Shown here: positions 47,855 through 57,135 of the stretch, in pieces
How the letters are laid out: each line of letters begins with the position of its first letter
Position numbering within the stretch: position 1 is the first letter of the stretch
From: Alphaproteobacteria bacterium
Lineage (GTDB): Bacteria > Pseudomonadota > Alphaproteobacteria > Rs-D84
Direction of reading: 5' to 3'
Length of the DNA: 64,000 bases
NCBI GenBank assembly: GCA_017535105.1
Contig: JAFXUI010000001.1
Location: forward strand, 80,945-144,944
The notes under the pieces: model-generated
The model's database searches: none
Told to the model about the DNA's origin: nothing
The model's input: the letters and a program-made list of their open reading frames with translations, nothing else
Made by a program: the position numbers and the translations under genes

Positions 47855-47876
47855 GCCGGCATTTACCGGCTTTTTT
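47855..47876 (+). terminator. Bidirectional terminator (CCGGCATTTACCGG family)
   Basis: AAAAGCCGGCATTTACCGGCTTTTTTATT. Confidence 0.7.
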
Positions 47877-49650
47877 ATTGTTTTTTTAACAGTGATTGTA
47901 CGGCGACCGGAAAATCATTACTGCGGGCAAGGTATGCGCCCGATATCAATAAATCAGCTCCAGCTTCCCAACAACGTTGCGCTGTTTTTTCGTTTATTCC
48001 GCCGTCCACAGAAATTGTGAATTTTAATCCATATTTTTTACGTGTCGCCGCCAAGACAGAAATTTTATGTAAGCATGCCGGCATAAATTCTTGACCCGTC
48101 GCACCGGGTTCAACGGCCATTACCATCACTTCATCTAAATCACGCAAAATAGGTTTCAATATAGTTGGTGATGTATCTGGATTTAACGCAACACCCGCGC
48201 GCCGCCCAGATGCTTTGATTGTGCGTATCGCGCTTTTTACACCTGATGTGTTTGTTGAAACAATTACCGTATCGGCACCCGCCGCAATTGCGTCTGCCGC
48301 CCATGCGTTCGGACTTTCGGTCATTAAATGTACGTGCAGATGGGCGGTTGTTCGTGCGCGAATTGCGCGCAGTTGTTCAATACTGCCCGTGATTTTATTT
48401 ACATATAATCCATCCATTATATCAACGTGCAACATTGATATACCCGCCGCATCGAAAGTCGTGTATGTGGTTGCATCGTTCATGTTAAAGCACATCGTGC
48501 TTGGCAAAATCGGAACAAATATATGACGTTTTTTGGGCTTCTTATGAAACAATTTTAATATGCCGTCCATGCGATGTGAAATGCGTTCATTGCGTGCGAT
48601 AATTTTTGCCCGCGCATCGGCAGTTTGATTCCATATATGTTCACTTAAAGATTGGACAATCGCATCAACGTGTGCGCTTTCGGTTGGTACACCAAATGAA
48701 CTTGATATAAAGTCAACAACCCCATCGGCATCTGATGCGCCGCCCGTCACGATAATTTTTGTTGGTTGATGTTTTTCGATTGTCTGGGCTGCTGCGTATT
48801 TAATGTCTTCGATAATATTTGTCATATATGGCACGACAATATCATTTATATCGGCACGTGAAAAATCATATGCAACATCGGCGGGGGCAAAACGGTCGGT
48901 TTCTTTTGGTAACATGGTGAACACGGCACGTTTAATACGGTCGGCATCTATAAACGGTACATCAAACTTTTCAGATATGGCCGTTGTTATATTTGTGCCA
49001 CCATTTTTTGTTTTATAGTGCCAAAGGGGGCCACGGTCTGACCAAATGGACGCGGTTGTGAACATCGCGCCCAAATCAATAAACATTATTGTTTCGTGTG
49101 GCTTATGAAATGCAGAGTTTAATACAAATTGTGAATCATAAAAACCATTTGGCTGGATAAGCGCGTGACGCAAGAATGTATTTATTTCCTCAACACTGGC
49201 ACGGTTATAAAATATTGCGCCGAATACAGAAATCAATTGATTATCAATATGTCCAATTGGGGTCAACATATTATGCATATGTGGCGATGTATATTGTAAT
49301 GGAATAATATGCATCGCAAAGTGGCCGTCGGGTGTTGTGATTTGTGCCGCCTGGTGTCGGACATCGCCAGCGGTTATTTTGTGTTCGTTCGACCATATTG
49401 TGTTTTTCGCAACAATGCTGAATACAGATTCACCAAAATTGCCAGTGATATATGCGTTATCAAAATGGCGACCGATTTGTGATTCCAGTTCATCAACCAC
49501 AGATTTTATCGCATAAACAGTATCTGTTGATTCGGCGACAAACATTGCCGACTTTACAATTCGCGCATTACGAACGCGGTGCGCAATACCATGTACCGCC
49601 GATGATCCAATATCCAAACACAAAAAAGCAGAATCAATAAGATGGTTCAT
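47875..49650 (-). CDS. ftsA: FtsA-like actin-family ATPase (about 370 aa) continuing in frame into a complete ribulose-phosphate 3-epimerase domain (about 220 aa); apparent FtsA-Rpe fusion
   Basis: N-part LCLDIGSSAVHGIA (phosphate 1), IMFIDLGAMFTTASIW (phosphate 2), IIVTGGASDADGV (adenosine); basic ILKLFHKKPKKRH tail; C-part ILPS...MLHVDIMDG...VMAVEPGATGQEF...ISVDGGIN = Rpe signatures; positioned after ftsQ where ftsA then ftsZ are expected. Confidence 0.7.
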   Translation of the reverse strand: MNHLIDSAFLCLDIGSSAVHGIAHRVRNARIVKSAMFVAESTDTVYAIKSVVDELESQIGRHFDNAYITGNFGESVFSIVAKNTIWSNEHKITAGDVRHQAAQITTPDGHFAMHIIPLQYTSPHMHNMLTPIGHIDNQLISVFGAIFYNRASVEEINTFLRHALIQPNGFYDSQFVLNSAFHKPHETIMFIDLGAMFTTASIWSDRGPLWHYKTKNGGTNITTAISEKFDVPFIDADRIKRAVFTMLPKETDRFAPADVAYDFSRADINDIVVPYMTNIIEDIKYAAAQTIEKHQPTKIIVTGGASDADGVVDFISSSFGVPTESAHVDAIVQSLSEHIWNQTADARAKIIARNERISHRMDGILKLFHKKPKKRHIFVPILPSTMCFNMNDATTYTTFDAAGISMLHVDIMDGLYVNKITGSIEQLRAIRARTTAHLHVHLMTESPNAWAADAIAAGADTVIVSTNTSGVKSAIRTIKASGRRAGVALNPDTSPTILKPILRDLDEVMVMAVEPGATGQEFMPACLHKISVLAATRKKYGLKFTISVDGGINEKTAQRCWEAGADLLISGAYLARSNDFPVAVQSLLKKQ

Positions 49651-49660
49651 TTTGTTGCTT

Positions 49661-50350
49661 TTATTTTATTAGTACACGTGCCGCATCACGCATATCAATT
49701 ACTTTTATATTCTTGGATAAAATATTCTGTTTTTCGTTCATTGTGTGTAAACCGTGAATCGCGCCAATCGGGTTGTTTTCGGGCAACATAATCGTAATTC
49801 CGTCATTTGTAACGATGTTCCAGCGGCGATTTTCAATCCATTCCATATAGTTTATTTTGTCGGCCAAAACGTGTGCCGCAGATGTGATTTCGGTGATGTT
49901 GTCGGGTAATGTTCCACGAAACACGATTGCGGTTGAATCATGCGCATCAAGTGGTGTATGAACAATGGTTCCATCACCAGATAATGGATAAAAATATTCA
50001 CCGTCGGTCCATTGTGCAACCGCGCGATACAGGCGCACATGTATACGTAATGTGCCATTTGGCATACGGCGTGTAGCGGAATATTGAACGGTTGGAACCT
50101 CATCAATACGGCGGTTTAAGGAATCAATGCTTAATGAATTTGTACGTGCGCCCAATGCCGATTTTGCAACCATTTCAATTTGGGACAAATCATCACCGTC
50201 TGTGGCATCGGCCGCGATAGAAATGTTATGAATGGTCGCAAGTTTTCCGTGACCCAATCCGGTCATAATTATTCGGGTCGCAAAATACACCCCAAACGCA
50301 ATTGCGCACACAAAATACAGCCAAAACAACAAGGAACGTTTCATGGCCAT
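49661..50350 (-). CDS. ftsQ: Cell division protein FtsQ (POTRA domain)
   Basis: 229 aa; N-terminal TM MAMKRSLLFWLYFVCAIAFGVYFATRI, POTRA-like region, ...RDAARVLIK end. Confidence 0.75.
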   Translation of the reverse strand: MAMKRSLLFWLYFVCAIAFGVYFATRIIMTGLGHGKLATIHNISIAADATDGDDLSQIEMVAKSALGARTNSLSIDSLNRRIDEVPTVQYSATRRMPNGTLRIHVRLYRAVAQWTDGEYFYPLSGDGTIVHTPLDAHDSTAIVFRGTLPDNITEITSAAHVLADKINYMEWIENRRWNIVTNDGITIMLPENNPIGAIHGLHTMNEKQNILSKNIKVIDMRDAARVLIK

Positions 50351-50382
50351 AATTATATCATAAAATTACGTGATTACAAAAA

Positions 50383-50763
50383 TTATCTTGCCCGAAGCAA
50401 ATATCCGCGCCGAAACATACATTTACGGTACGAGCCAACCGACTTTGACGTGGTGTTGCGTGGAACAGACAGTAAGCACCGTTGTCCAATGTCACGGTAT
50501 TCATTTGATTGGAACGTGACCCACAGACCGTCCCAGTCGGGCATCATACTGCTCTGATTTGGGGCAAGCAGTTTCGCGATTCTTGACCGGGTTTGATACG
50601 GTTTTGTTTCAATGCCCAGGCATGCCTTGTGATCGCGGACGAATTGTTCGGTGGTTACCGCCTCATTTTCCCAATTCAGAATAGTTGCGTCATCAAGTGA
50701 CCCACTGTTGATTGATGCACATGCCCCCAAAAGCAAAAATAAACATAAAAATTTTATTCTCAT
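50383..50763 (-). CDS. Lipoprotein of unknown function
   Basis: MRIKFLCLFLLLGACAS lipobox. Confidence 0.5.
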   Translation of the reverse strand: MRIKFLCLFLLLGACASINSGSLDDATILNWENEAVTTEQFVRDHKACLGIETKPYQTRSRIAKLLAPNQSSMMPDWDGLWVTFQSNEYRDIGQRCLLSVPRNTTSKSVGSYRKCMFRRGYLLRAR

Positions 50764-50833
50764 AATTCTTATTATAATTTATTTGCGTTATGGGGGCAAT
50801 AGTTTTTATAATACATAAAACAAGGAAGGATTT

Positions 50834-51166
50834 TTGCACATGGCATTATCGGTTCAGAACTTTATAAAGTTGGCAAATTATTACAACCAGACAACGATGG
50901 TAATGTCGGCAATTTGCGTGCAAAAGGGCGGAATTCCAATGGAAAATTATGTCGGCCGTATGTATGCCGCCGATGTTTTAGAGTTTATTGTTGAATATGC
51001 ACGGCGGTTAAAATCTGATTCAAAAATCGCGATACCGGCGGACGTAGCAAAAGTGATTGAACGGTTTAATGTCGAATATGAACGGGTAAAAAATTTAACA
51101 ACCCCGTCACAAAAACCAATTTATGAGATGACTTTGGAAGAGTTTGAAAAGTTTATGAATATCTGA
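50834..51166 (+). CDS. Hypothetical protein (110 aa)
   Basis: ORF only. Confidence 0.4.
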   Translation: MHMALSVQNFIKLANYYNQTTMVMSAICVQKGGIPMENYVGRMYAADVLEFIVEYARRLKSDSKIAIPADVAKVIERFNVEYERVKNLTTPSQKPIYEMTLEEFEKFMNI

Positions 51167-51182
51167 AACAAGAGGGAAACAG

Positions 51183-52520
51183 ATGATAAAGCGTATAAGG
51201 TTTTTAATTTTTGGTCTTGTTATTATCGGCCTGTGCGGGTGTCAGATGGTAAAGCAAAACCAAGAAGTTGAACCAGAATATGATACGGTCACGGTTGTGA
51301 ACAATTTGGTCATTGACGAAAACTCTGTGCCAATCTTTCCGAAAAAAGCCGCGCTGACCACCGATACGGCACGCCGTTTTTCAATTGAATTGCCAAAACG
51401 GTGCAGTGTTGATTGGAATAATCAAAATGTTGTTTCTGTGGTGCCCGAAGAAAAAATAGAAATAGTGCGCTTGGATATGGGCGATGAATTGCCGGCACTG
51501 AAAGTTTCTGATTATGAATTTAAGCAGTTGACGGTGCGTCAAGCACTGGAAAAACTGTTGGACGGTACAGACATTGATGTTGTCGAAGATAGTACAATGA
51601 CCGAAAAAATATCGGGAACAATATCTTCGGGCGCATTGTCGGACGCGGTTGAATTAATGGCAAAAATGGGTCATGTGTATTATTCATATGACGAAGATGA
51701 GGGTGCAATTCATTTAAATCATCGCGCAAAGTGGCTTATTAAAATGCCACAAAATGAAACGATAATTATGGCATTGCTGGACGCGATGCATGGTGCCGAT
51801 ATGCGTAATTTGCTTGTTGACTGGAATGACAAGACAATTGGATTTGAGGGGAATTATCAAACTGAACGCGAAGTGTCCAAAATAATTGCGGATATTGCGT
51901 CCAAGAAATATATGATTGCGTGGGATATAGATGTGTACCGCGTATATCCACGTACAGACAATCCGATTATCTGGATGAATTTGTTCCCGGCATTTGGTGA
52001 CAAGAATATAAAAATGTCTATCCCAGGTGTTGTTGGACGTACGGTTGTTGTTGGACCGGAAATAAACACAAAAACATTACAAGAATTTATGTATCAACAG
52101 GCAAACGTTGTTCTGATATCCCAGGGGACATTTGCAATTCCAAATGGTTGGCAATCACGATTTGATATTGGCCAATGTGGCAAAGAAGAAAGATTGGAAA
52201 CCGATTTGATTATTGGTGCAACAGCGAAATATGGCGACTATGGTGGCCGTGACAAAATTGATGCGAAAATCGTATTGCGTACATCAAATGGCGAATTGTC
52301 TTCATTTACAATTCCGTCCAGTATTGGTGACAATTACATAATCGTTGGTATTCCGACACACTCGTTCGTAACAACACCGGAAACGTTGATAAGTCCGTTT
52401 GCAGAACTTGTTGTGTTTATGTCGCCACGTTTGATATCGATTGTTGATGCGGCAACGGCTAAAAAATCTGGGACGGGTGCGCTGGTCGGTGATGCGTTAC
52501 GGGCGTTCTTGAACGAATAG
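51183..52520 (+). CDS. Outer-membrane lipoprotein, possibly a divergent secretin-like protein (STN/N0-like segment and C-terminal ELVVFMSPRLI motif); directly upstream of lolC/E-lolD
   Basis: Signal and lipobox MIKRIRFLIFGLVIIGLCGC; QLTVRQALEKLLDGTDIDVVED resembles secretin/TonB N-terminal STN domain; C-terminal ...NYIIVGIP...AELVVFMSPRLISI resembles secretin C-terminal motif; weak overall. Confidence 0.3.
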   Translation: MIKRIRFLIFGLVIIGLCGCQMVKQNQEVEPEYDTVTVVNNLVIDENSVPIFPKKAALTTDTARRFSIELPKRCSVDWNNQNVVSVVPEEKIEIVRLDMGDELPALKVSDYEFKQLTVRQALEKLLDGTDIDVVEDSTMTEKISGTISSGALSDAVELMAKMGHVYYSYDEDEGAIHLNHRAKWLIKMPQNETIIMALLDAMHGADMRNLLVDWNDKTIGFEGNYQTEREVSKIIADIASKKYMIAWDIDVYRVYPRTDNPIIWMNLFPAFGDKNIKMSIPGVVGRTVVVGPEINTKTLQEFMYQQANVVLISQGTFAIPNGWQSRFDIGQCGKEERLETDLIIGATAKYGDYGGRDKIDAKIVLRTSNGELSSFTIPSSIGDNYIIVGIPTHSFVTTPETLISPFAELVVFMSPRLISIVDAATAKKSGTGALVGDALRAFLNE

Positions 52521-52523
52521 GGT

Positions 52524-53783
52524 ATGAATATGTTTTCCAAAATCGAAAAGAAAATTGCATTTCGTTATTTGGCGATGAAAAAGCGCGGATTTGGTTCCGT
52601 TGTTTCGTGGGTGTCGTTGATTGGTATAACATTGGGGGTTGCGACACTTATTGTTGTTATGTCGGTTATGGGTGGATTTCATGACACATTACTTTCACGT
52701 ATTGTCGGAATGAACGGGCATGTTGTTGTTTATCATCAAGATGGCGCGATAAAAGATTATGATTTCTTGATCGAAAAAATAGCCCAGAACAAAATTGTGA
52801 ATTCATACACAACGTCAATCGTTCCGATTGCCGAAGGCCAGGTTATGGCGACCGCAAATGGTAATAATACCGGCGCGATGATACGTGGTATTCGTATGTC
52901 TGATTTGGCCCAGAAAGCATCAACTGGGACACGTATGTATGGAAAACCACTGGACCAGATTGCAGACGGCGAATTGGTTGCGGGCGCATCACTGACACGT
53001 GCGTTAAACGTCACAATGGGTGATAATATATCGTTGGTTTCGGCAAATGGCGCGACCCCAACACCATTTGGAACAATGCCACGTATTATGGCATATCCGG
53101 TTATGACATCGTTTTTTATGGGAATGTATGAGTATGATTCTGGATATATCTTTATGCCGCTTGAAACCGCGCAAAAATATCTGAACATTGGTGATGCGGT
53201 GACACATATTGATTTATTCCTTAAAAATCCCGAAGATACAAGTCGCGTTTTGGACGCGTTGGTGCGTTTATTACCGGACGGTTTTATTGTGCGCGATTGG
53301 CGTGATTTAAATCGTGGGTTTGTTGGTGCGTTACAAGTTGAATCAAACGTAATGTTTTTGATTCTTTTGCTTATCGTGATTGTTGCGGCATTTAATATCG
53401 TGTCAAGTTTGGTTATGTTGGTAAAAGATAAAAATAAAGACATCGCGGTGTTACGCACATTTGGTGTTTCGCGTAAATCAATGATGAAGATATTTATTTT
53501 GTCGGGAACCAGTATTGGTGTAATTGGTGCGTTCTTTGGAATGATATTTGGAATCATTGTCGCAATTTATATCGAACCAATAAGACAATTTTTCCAATGG
53601 GCAACTGGGCGCGATTTGTTCCCAGCGGAATTATATTATTTGTCGGAATTGCCGTCCAAGTTGGTGGCAAGCCAGGTTATCGGCATTGTTGTCTTGGCAA
53701 TTGCGTTGGCGTTTTTGGCAACATTGTACCCGGCGTGGAAGGCGGCAAACACAGATCCAGTCGAAGTATTGCGTAATGAATAG
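52524..53783 (+). CDS. lolE: Lipoprotein-releasing system permease LolC/LolE (FtsX family)
   Basis: 419 aa; MacB/FtsX topology; followed by lolD. Confidence 0.85.
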   Translation: MNMFSKIEKKIAFRYLAMKKRGFGSVVSWVSLIGITLGVATLIVVMSVMGGFHDTLLSRIVGMNGHVVVYHQDGAIKDYDFLIEKIAQNKIVNSYTTSIVPIAEGQVMATANGNNTGAMIRGIRMSDLAQKASTGTRMYGKPLDQIADGELVAGASLTRALNVTMGDNISLVSANGATPTPFGTMPRIMAYPVMTSFFMGMYEYDSGYIFMPLETAQKYLNIGDAVTHIDLFLKNPEDTSRVLDALVRLLPDGFIVRDWRDLNRGFVGALQVESNVMFLILLLIVIVAAFNIVSSLVMLVKDKNKDIAVLRTFGVSRKSMMKIFILSGTSIGVIGAFFGMIFGIIVAIYIEPIRQFFQWATGRDLFPAELYYLSELPSKLVASQVIGIVVLAIALAFLATLYPAWKAANTDPVEVLRNE

Positions 53784-53791
53784 GGGTTAAA

Positions 53792-54502
53792 ATGGCAAGT
53801 ATTCTGAATTCTTTATCAAGGGTTAAACGCGGTGACGTGGTTATGTCGGTGCGCGATATTAAAAAGACCTTTATTGAAGGAGGACAACCATTACACATCT
53901 TACGCGGGGGCGGGTTTGATTTGCACCGTGGGGAAATTATCGCATTGGTTGGGCCATCGGGTTCTGGTAAATCGACATTATTACAATGTGTTGGGTTGCT
54001 GGATAAACCAACATCGGGCAGTATTATTATTTCCGGTACCCCGGTTCAGAAAATGAGTGAAGATGCACGTACCATTGTTCGCCGTAAAAAGATTGGCTTT
54101 GTATATCAACGTCATAATTTATTATCAGATTTTACGGCGGTTGAAAATGTTGAATTGCCAATGTTGGCAAATGGTGTTGAACCCGATATCGCACATCGGC
54201 GTGCATTAAAGTTGTTGCGTGCGGCGGGTGTTGCACATCGTGCGGAACATGTTCCTGGTGAAATGTCTGGTGGTGAGCAACAGCGTACGGCGGTTGCGCG
54301 TGCCTTGGCGAACGAGCCAGAAATATTACTTGCGGACGAACCAACGGGCAGTCTGGACCCGGCGCATGCGACCGCGGTATTTGATCAATTACTTGCGTTG
54401 GTGCGTAAGAATAATATGGCAATGTTGTTCGTTACACACGATATGGGATTGGCAACACGCGCCGACCGAAAAATTACCATTGCAAATGGTATAGTAAAAT
54501 AG
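53792..54502 (+). CDS. lolD: Lipoprotein-releasing system ATP-binding protein LolD
   Basis: Walker A GPSGSGKSTLL, signature MSGGEQQRTAVARAL, Walker B LLADEPTGSLD. Confidence 0.9.
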   Translation: MASILNSLSRVKRGDVVMSVRDIKKTFIEGGQPLHILRGGGFDLHRGEIIALVGPSGSGKSTLLQCVGLLDKPTSGSIIISGTPVQKMSEDARTIVRRKKIGFVYQRHNLLSDFTAVENVELPMLANGVEPDIAHRRALKLLRAAGVAHRAEHVPGEMSGGEQQRTAVARALANEPEILLADEPTGSLDPAHATAVFDQLLALVRKNNMAMLFVTHDMGLATRADRKITIANGIVK

Positions 54503-54537
54503 TTACAATATATAAAAAGAGGACAGAGGAGAGAGAA

Positions 54538-55110
54538 ATGAAAAAGCAAACAAAATCAAAAAAAGCCAGTTCAACCAAGATGGCGAAAGCAATGACGCAC
54601 GCGGTTGTTGTGCACAGTCGTCGCCAGCGTATATATGCGTTTATTGCATTGGCTGGTCTGTTTTTATGTGGTTTGTTTGTTGGTATGGACGTTAAATCGC
54701 GTTCATGTAATATGCCACAAAATGCCGAACCGATTTCCGTAGACGCAATGAATGTTAATGGACCCGAAGATGTTTGTGGCGAAGTCGAACGTTTGTTGGC
54801 GCGTCATTTGCCGGCGGCATCGGATAATGTCGAAGATCGTATTGAACGTGCCAAGATTTATACCAGTATGGCTGAACGCGGTTGCGTTGAAAATATGGAT
54901 ACATATGTTGAATTAGCAGCCCAAGAATTAGATATTGCGCGCGCAATTGATGATGATAATTTTAATCGCCAAGAAACAATCGATATTGTGGAAACATATA
55001 AACGCTTGAATATGAAAGCGGCCGCACAAGAAATTTTCGAAAAGGCGAAAAAATTAACCGACCCAGCGATTGACTTTATTATCCAGGTTGAAAAAATTAT
55101 AAATGAATAA
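54538..55110 (+). CDS. Membrane-anchored hypothetical protein (190 aa)
   Basis: Basic N-terminus, TM IYAFIALAGLFLCGLFVGM, acidic C-domain. Confidence 0.5.
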   Translation: MKKQTKSKKASSTKMAKAMTHAVVVHSRRQRIYAFIALAGLFLCGLFVGMDVKSRSCNMPQNAEPISVDAMNVNGPEDVCGEVERLLARHLPAASDNVEDRIERAKIYTSMAERGCVENMDTYVELAAQELDIARAIDDDNFNRQETIDIVETYKRLNMKAAAQEIFEKAKKLTDPAIDFIIQVEKIINE

Positions 55111-55127
55111 ATAAAAAGGAAAGCAAA

Positions 55128-55823
55128 ATGAAATTGCGGATATTGCTTTTGTGTACATTTGCACTGATTGGAAATGCATTTGCAGACGACGGTGCAAAAA
55201 TTATGGAACGCAAAACGTGCGAGCAGATAAATGGTGAAATCGCATATTTGTCGGGTCTGGACAGTTTAAGTGCAGATGAACAAGCGCAATTGAAGCAATT
55301 GAATCAACAACAACGTTCCTATTGTACGACCAAGGGTGGTGGTCGTCGTGCAATTGCGCGTTCGATGCCATCGCAAGGTACCGCAGAATCAAACCAAATG
55401 ATAATGATAACATCGGACGTGCTGTCGGAATATATCGCGACCAAAAAATCAAATTGTGAAAAGTTGGGCGCGGAAATGGAAAAATTAGCATCTGATACGA
55501 CCAAGGCATATTTGGTTACGGAAATGCACCGCTATTATGATGTTGATTGTGTTGACCACAAAGATGCGGCCGGCACGCCAGCGGCGGTTACAGAAACTGG
55601 CTCTGTGGCGGTGGCTGCCGCGGCGACACCAACCAAGACCGATGAAGAAATCGCGGCTGAATTTGACGCAAATTTGGCGGCGGGGCTTTGTGGTGACGGA
55701 TCAAAACCAAGTCGTTTTGGTTGCTGTGCGGGTGAAACCTTTAAAGATTTGGGTGATTTAGGATTTGCGTGCTGTCCACGTACGGGAAATGTATGCTATC
55801 CGCCAGTAACACCGATAATGTAG
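55128..55823 (+). CDS. Secreted Cys-containing protein of unknown function
   Basis: Signal peptide MKLRILLLCTFALIGNAFA; C-terminal GLCGDGSKPSRFGCCAGE...FACCPRTGNVCYPP. Confidence 0.55.
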   Translation: MKLRILLLCTFALIGNAFADDGAKIMERKTCEQINGEIAYLSGLDSLSADEQAQLKQLNQQQRSYCTTKGGGRRAIARSMPSQGTAESNQMIMITSDVLSEYIATKKSNCEKLGAEMEKLASDTTKAYLVTEMHRYYDVDCVDHKDAAGTPAAVTETGSVAVAAAATPTKTDEEIAAEFDANLAAGLCGDGSKPSRFGCCAGETFKDLGDLGFACCPRTGNVCYPPVTPIM

Positions 55824-55839
55824 TTGGTGGAATATTCAC

Positions 55840-55867
55840 TTGATTTTCATCTGAATTAAGATATAAT
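55840..55867 (+). promoter_or_regulatory. Promoter for tRNA-Gly/Tyr: TTGATT-16 nt-TATAAT
   Basis: -35 55840-55845, -10 55862-55867; tRNA-Gly 5' end at 55888. Confidence 0.55.
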
Positions 55868-55887
55868 CGCCTTGCTTACGAATTATC

Positions 55888-55962
55888 GCGGGCATAGTAC
55901 AAGGGCTAGTACGCAAGCCTTCCAAGCTTGATGTGCGGGTTCGAGTCCCGCTGCCCGCACCA
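55888..55962 (+). tRNA. tRNA-Gly (anticodon TCC)
   Basis: GCGGGCATAGTACAAGGGCTAGTACGCAAGCCTTCCAAGCTTGATGTGCGGGTTCGAGTCCCGCTGCCCGCACCA; all stems perfect. Confidence 0.9.
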
Positions 55963-56046
55963 AGTGAATAGCTGGGTGCCAGTGAATTGGGTAACCTTAC
56001 GCGGCGGACATCAATTCGTTGCTAATAACGCAACTCATTGTGTCCT

Positions 56047-56076
56047 TGGACGTGCGGTTTCCCGCTACCCGCACCA
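56047..56076 (+). repeat. Degenerate duplicate of the tRNA-Gly 3' half (pseudo-tRNA fragment / att-like scar)
   Basis: gacgtgcggtttcccgctacccgcaccaaagt versus tRNA-Gly 3' end gatgtgcgggttcgagtcccgctgcccgcaccaagt. Confidence 0.5.
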
Positions 56077-56090
56077 AAGTTGATAGTTCT

Positions 56091-56177
56091 GGGCGTGCGC
56101 CGGAGTTGGAGAGCCGGGGCAGACTGTAAATCTGTTGGCTTAAGCCTGAGGTGGTTCGAATCCACCCACTCCCACCA
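56091..56177 (+). tRNA. tRNA-Tyr (anticodon GTA, long variable arm)
   Basis: GGGCGTGCGCCGGAGTTGGAGAGCCGGGGCAGACTGTAAATCTGTTGGCTTAAGCCTGAGGTGGTTCGAATCCACCCACTCCCACCA; one acceptor mismatch (C4:T69). Confidence 0.75.
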
Positions 56178-56185
56178 AAAGATAC

Positions 56186-56214
56186 ACCGCACCATAAAGG
56201 TGCGGTTTTTCTTT
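56186..56214 (+). terminator. Terminator after tRNA-Tyr
   Basis: ACACCGCACCATAAAGGTGCGGTTTTTCTTT. Confidence 0.65.
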
Positions 56215-56220
56215 GGATTT

Positions 56221-56335
56221 TATACTGTTCGGGTGGTTTGAAAATAGCATGTCTATAAAACACTAAAAATTACCAATCTTCGAACAGTCAAGATTTTCAA
56301 GGGGTTGCCCCGTTCGAACCCACCGAGGCGGTTTC
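56221..56335. repeat. Two degenerate fragments resembling the tRNA-Tyr T-arm/3' region (one direct CGGGTGGTTTGAAAAT, one inverted CCGTTCGAACCCACCGAGG)
   Basis: Compare tRNA-Tyr CCTGAGGTGGTTCGAATCCACC; located at the boundary of the low-GC segment. Confidence 0.35.
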
Positions 56336-56400
56336 ATTTTATAATTTATATTTTCTGTGGTATAATTTAACATATAAGAATAGAACTTAAAGGATAAAGA

Positions 56401-56649
56401 ATGAAAAAACAAAAAATACAAAATAATTCTCTTAAAGAAGTAGAAGAAGAGTATGCACAAGAACGGAAGCAAAATATATGGTCTGATATAGATGTTGTAA
56501 ATAATACGTTATCAGATATCGACTTAAATGTTGGAAATTTTTATAATGATACAGATGAAAAATTAGAAGAACTTAAAAAATTATTAAAATCTATATATGG
56601 ATTATTGTGGATTGGTTTGATATTGCTCGGTTTTATGGCATTTAAATAA
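56401..56649 (+). CDS. Small hypothetical protein (82 aa, very low GC, C-terminal TM)
   Basis: TGgTATAAT extended -10 at 56358-56366, AAGGA RBS, ORF MKKQKIQNNSLKEVEEEYAQ...LLWIGLILLGFMAFK. Confidence 0.4.
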   Translation: MKKQKIQNNSLKEVEEEYAQERKQNIWSDIDVVNNTLSDIDLNVGNFYNDTDEKLEELKKLLKSIYGLLWIGLILLGFMAFK

Positions 56650-56798
56650 TTATAAAAATTTTAGGTTATATGTTTTAAACATGTACTACAGTTGTTTAAC
56701 CATTTATCTTTAAATTCTTTTATCTGTTGCATTAAATCGGTAAATTCTTGTTTGTTTTCTGCTCGATTAGTGCAAGCTGATTCCCACCAAAAACACAA

Positions 56799-56830
56799 AC
56801 ACCCACGATATGTGGGTGTTTTTGTTTTTG
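56799..56830 (-). terminator. Bidirectional terminator ending the SemiSWEET operon
   Basis: ACACCCACGATATGTGGGTGTTTTTGTTTTT. Confidence 0.55.
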
Positions 56831-56842
56831 GCTATGTATAAA

Positions 56843-57124
56843 TTATCTTTTCTTTCGTTTCTTGTTTTTCAAGTTTATTATCATACACAATATTATCACA
56901 TTGAATACTAAACTGATGCTGTTGAACAATATTATTTGGAATGAATGTAAATATATGCCGTAAGTGAACCAGCATATTAAGCCCAAGCAATATATGATAT
57001 ACATATACAATGAAAGGCCAGATACATTTTTGGTAACAATGGATTTTATTATTTGTGGTAAAAACGCCAAGGTTGTGAAAATGCCGGCCAAATAACCAAT
57101 GATTTCAAATATAACATTGTTCAT
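56843..57124 (-). CDS. SemiSWEET / PQ-loop family small sugar transporter (3-TM)
   Basis: 93 aa; LAFLPQIIKS PQ-loop motif, three hydrophobic helices; AAAGGGG RBS. Confidence 0.6.
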   Translation of the reverse strand: MNNVIFEIIGYLAGIFTTLAFLPQIIKSIVTKNVSGLSLYMYIIYCLGLICWFTYGIYLHSFQIILFNSISLVFNVIILCMIINLKNKKRKKR

Positions 57125-57135
57125 ACAAAACCCCT

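Noticed and set aside
56038-56241. 67-aa ORF across tRNA-Gly fragment and tRNA-Tyr
   Set aside because: Coincides with tRNA genes; no RBS
56215-56340. A complete additional tRNA downstream of tRNA-Tyr
   Set aside because: Only T-arm-like fragments (direct and inverted) are present; no acceptor or anticodon arms can be paired
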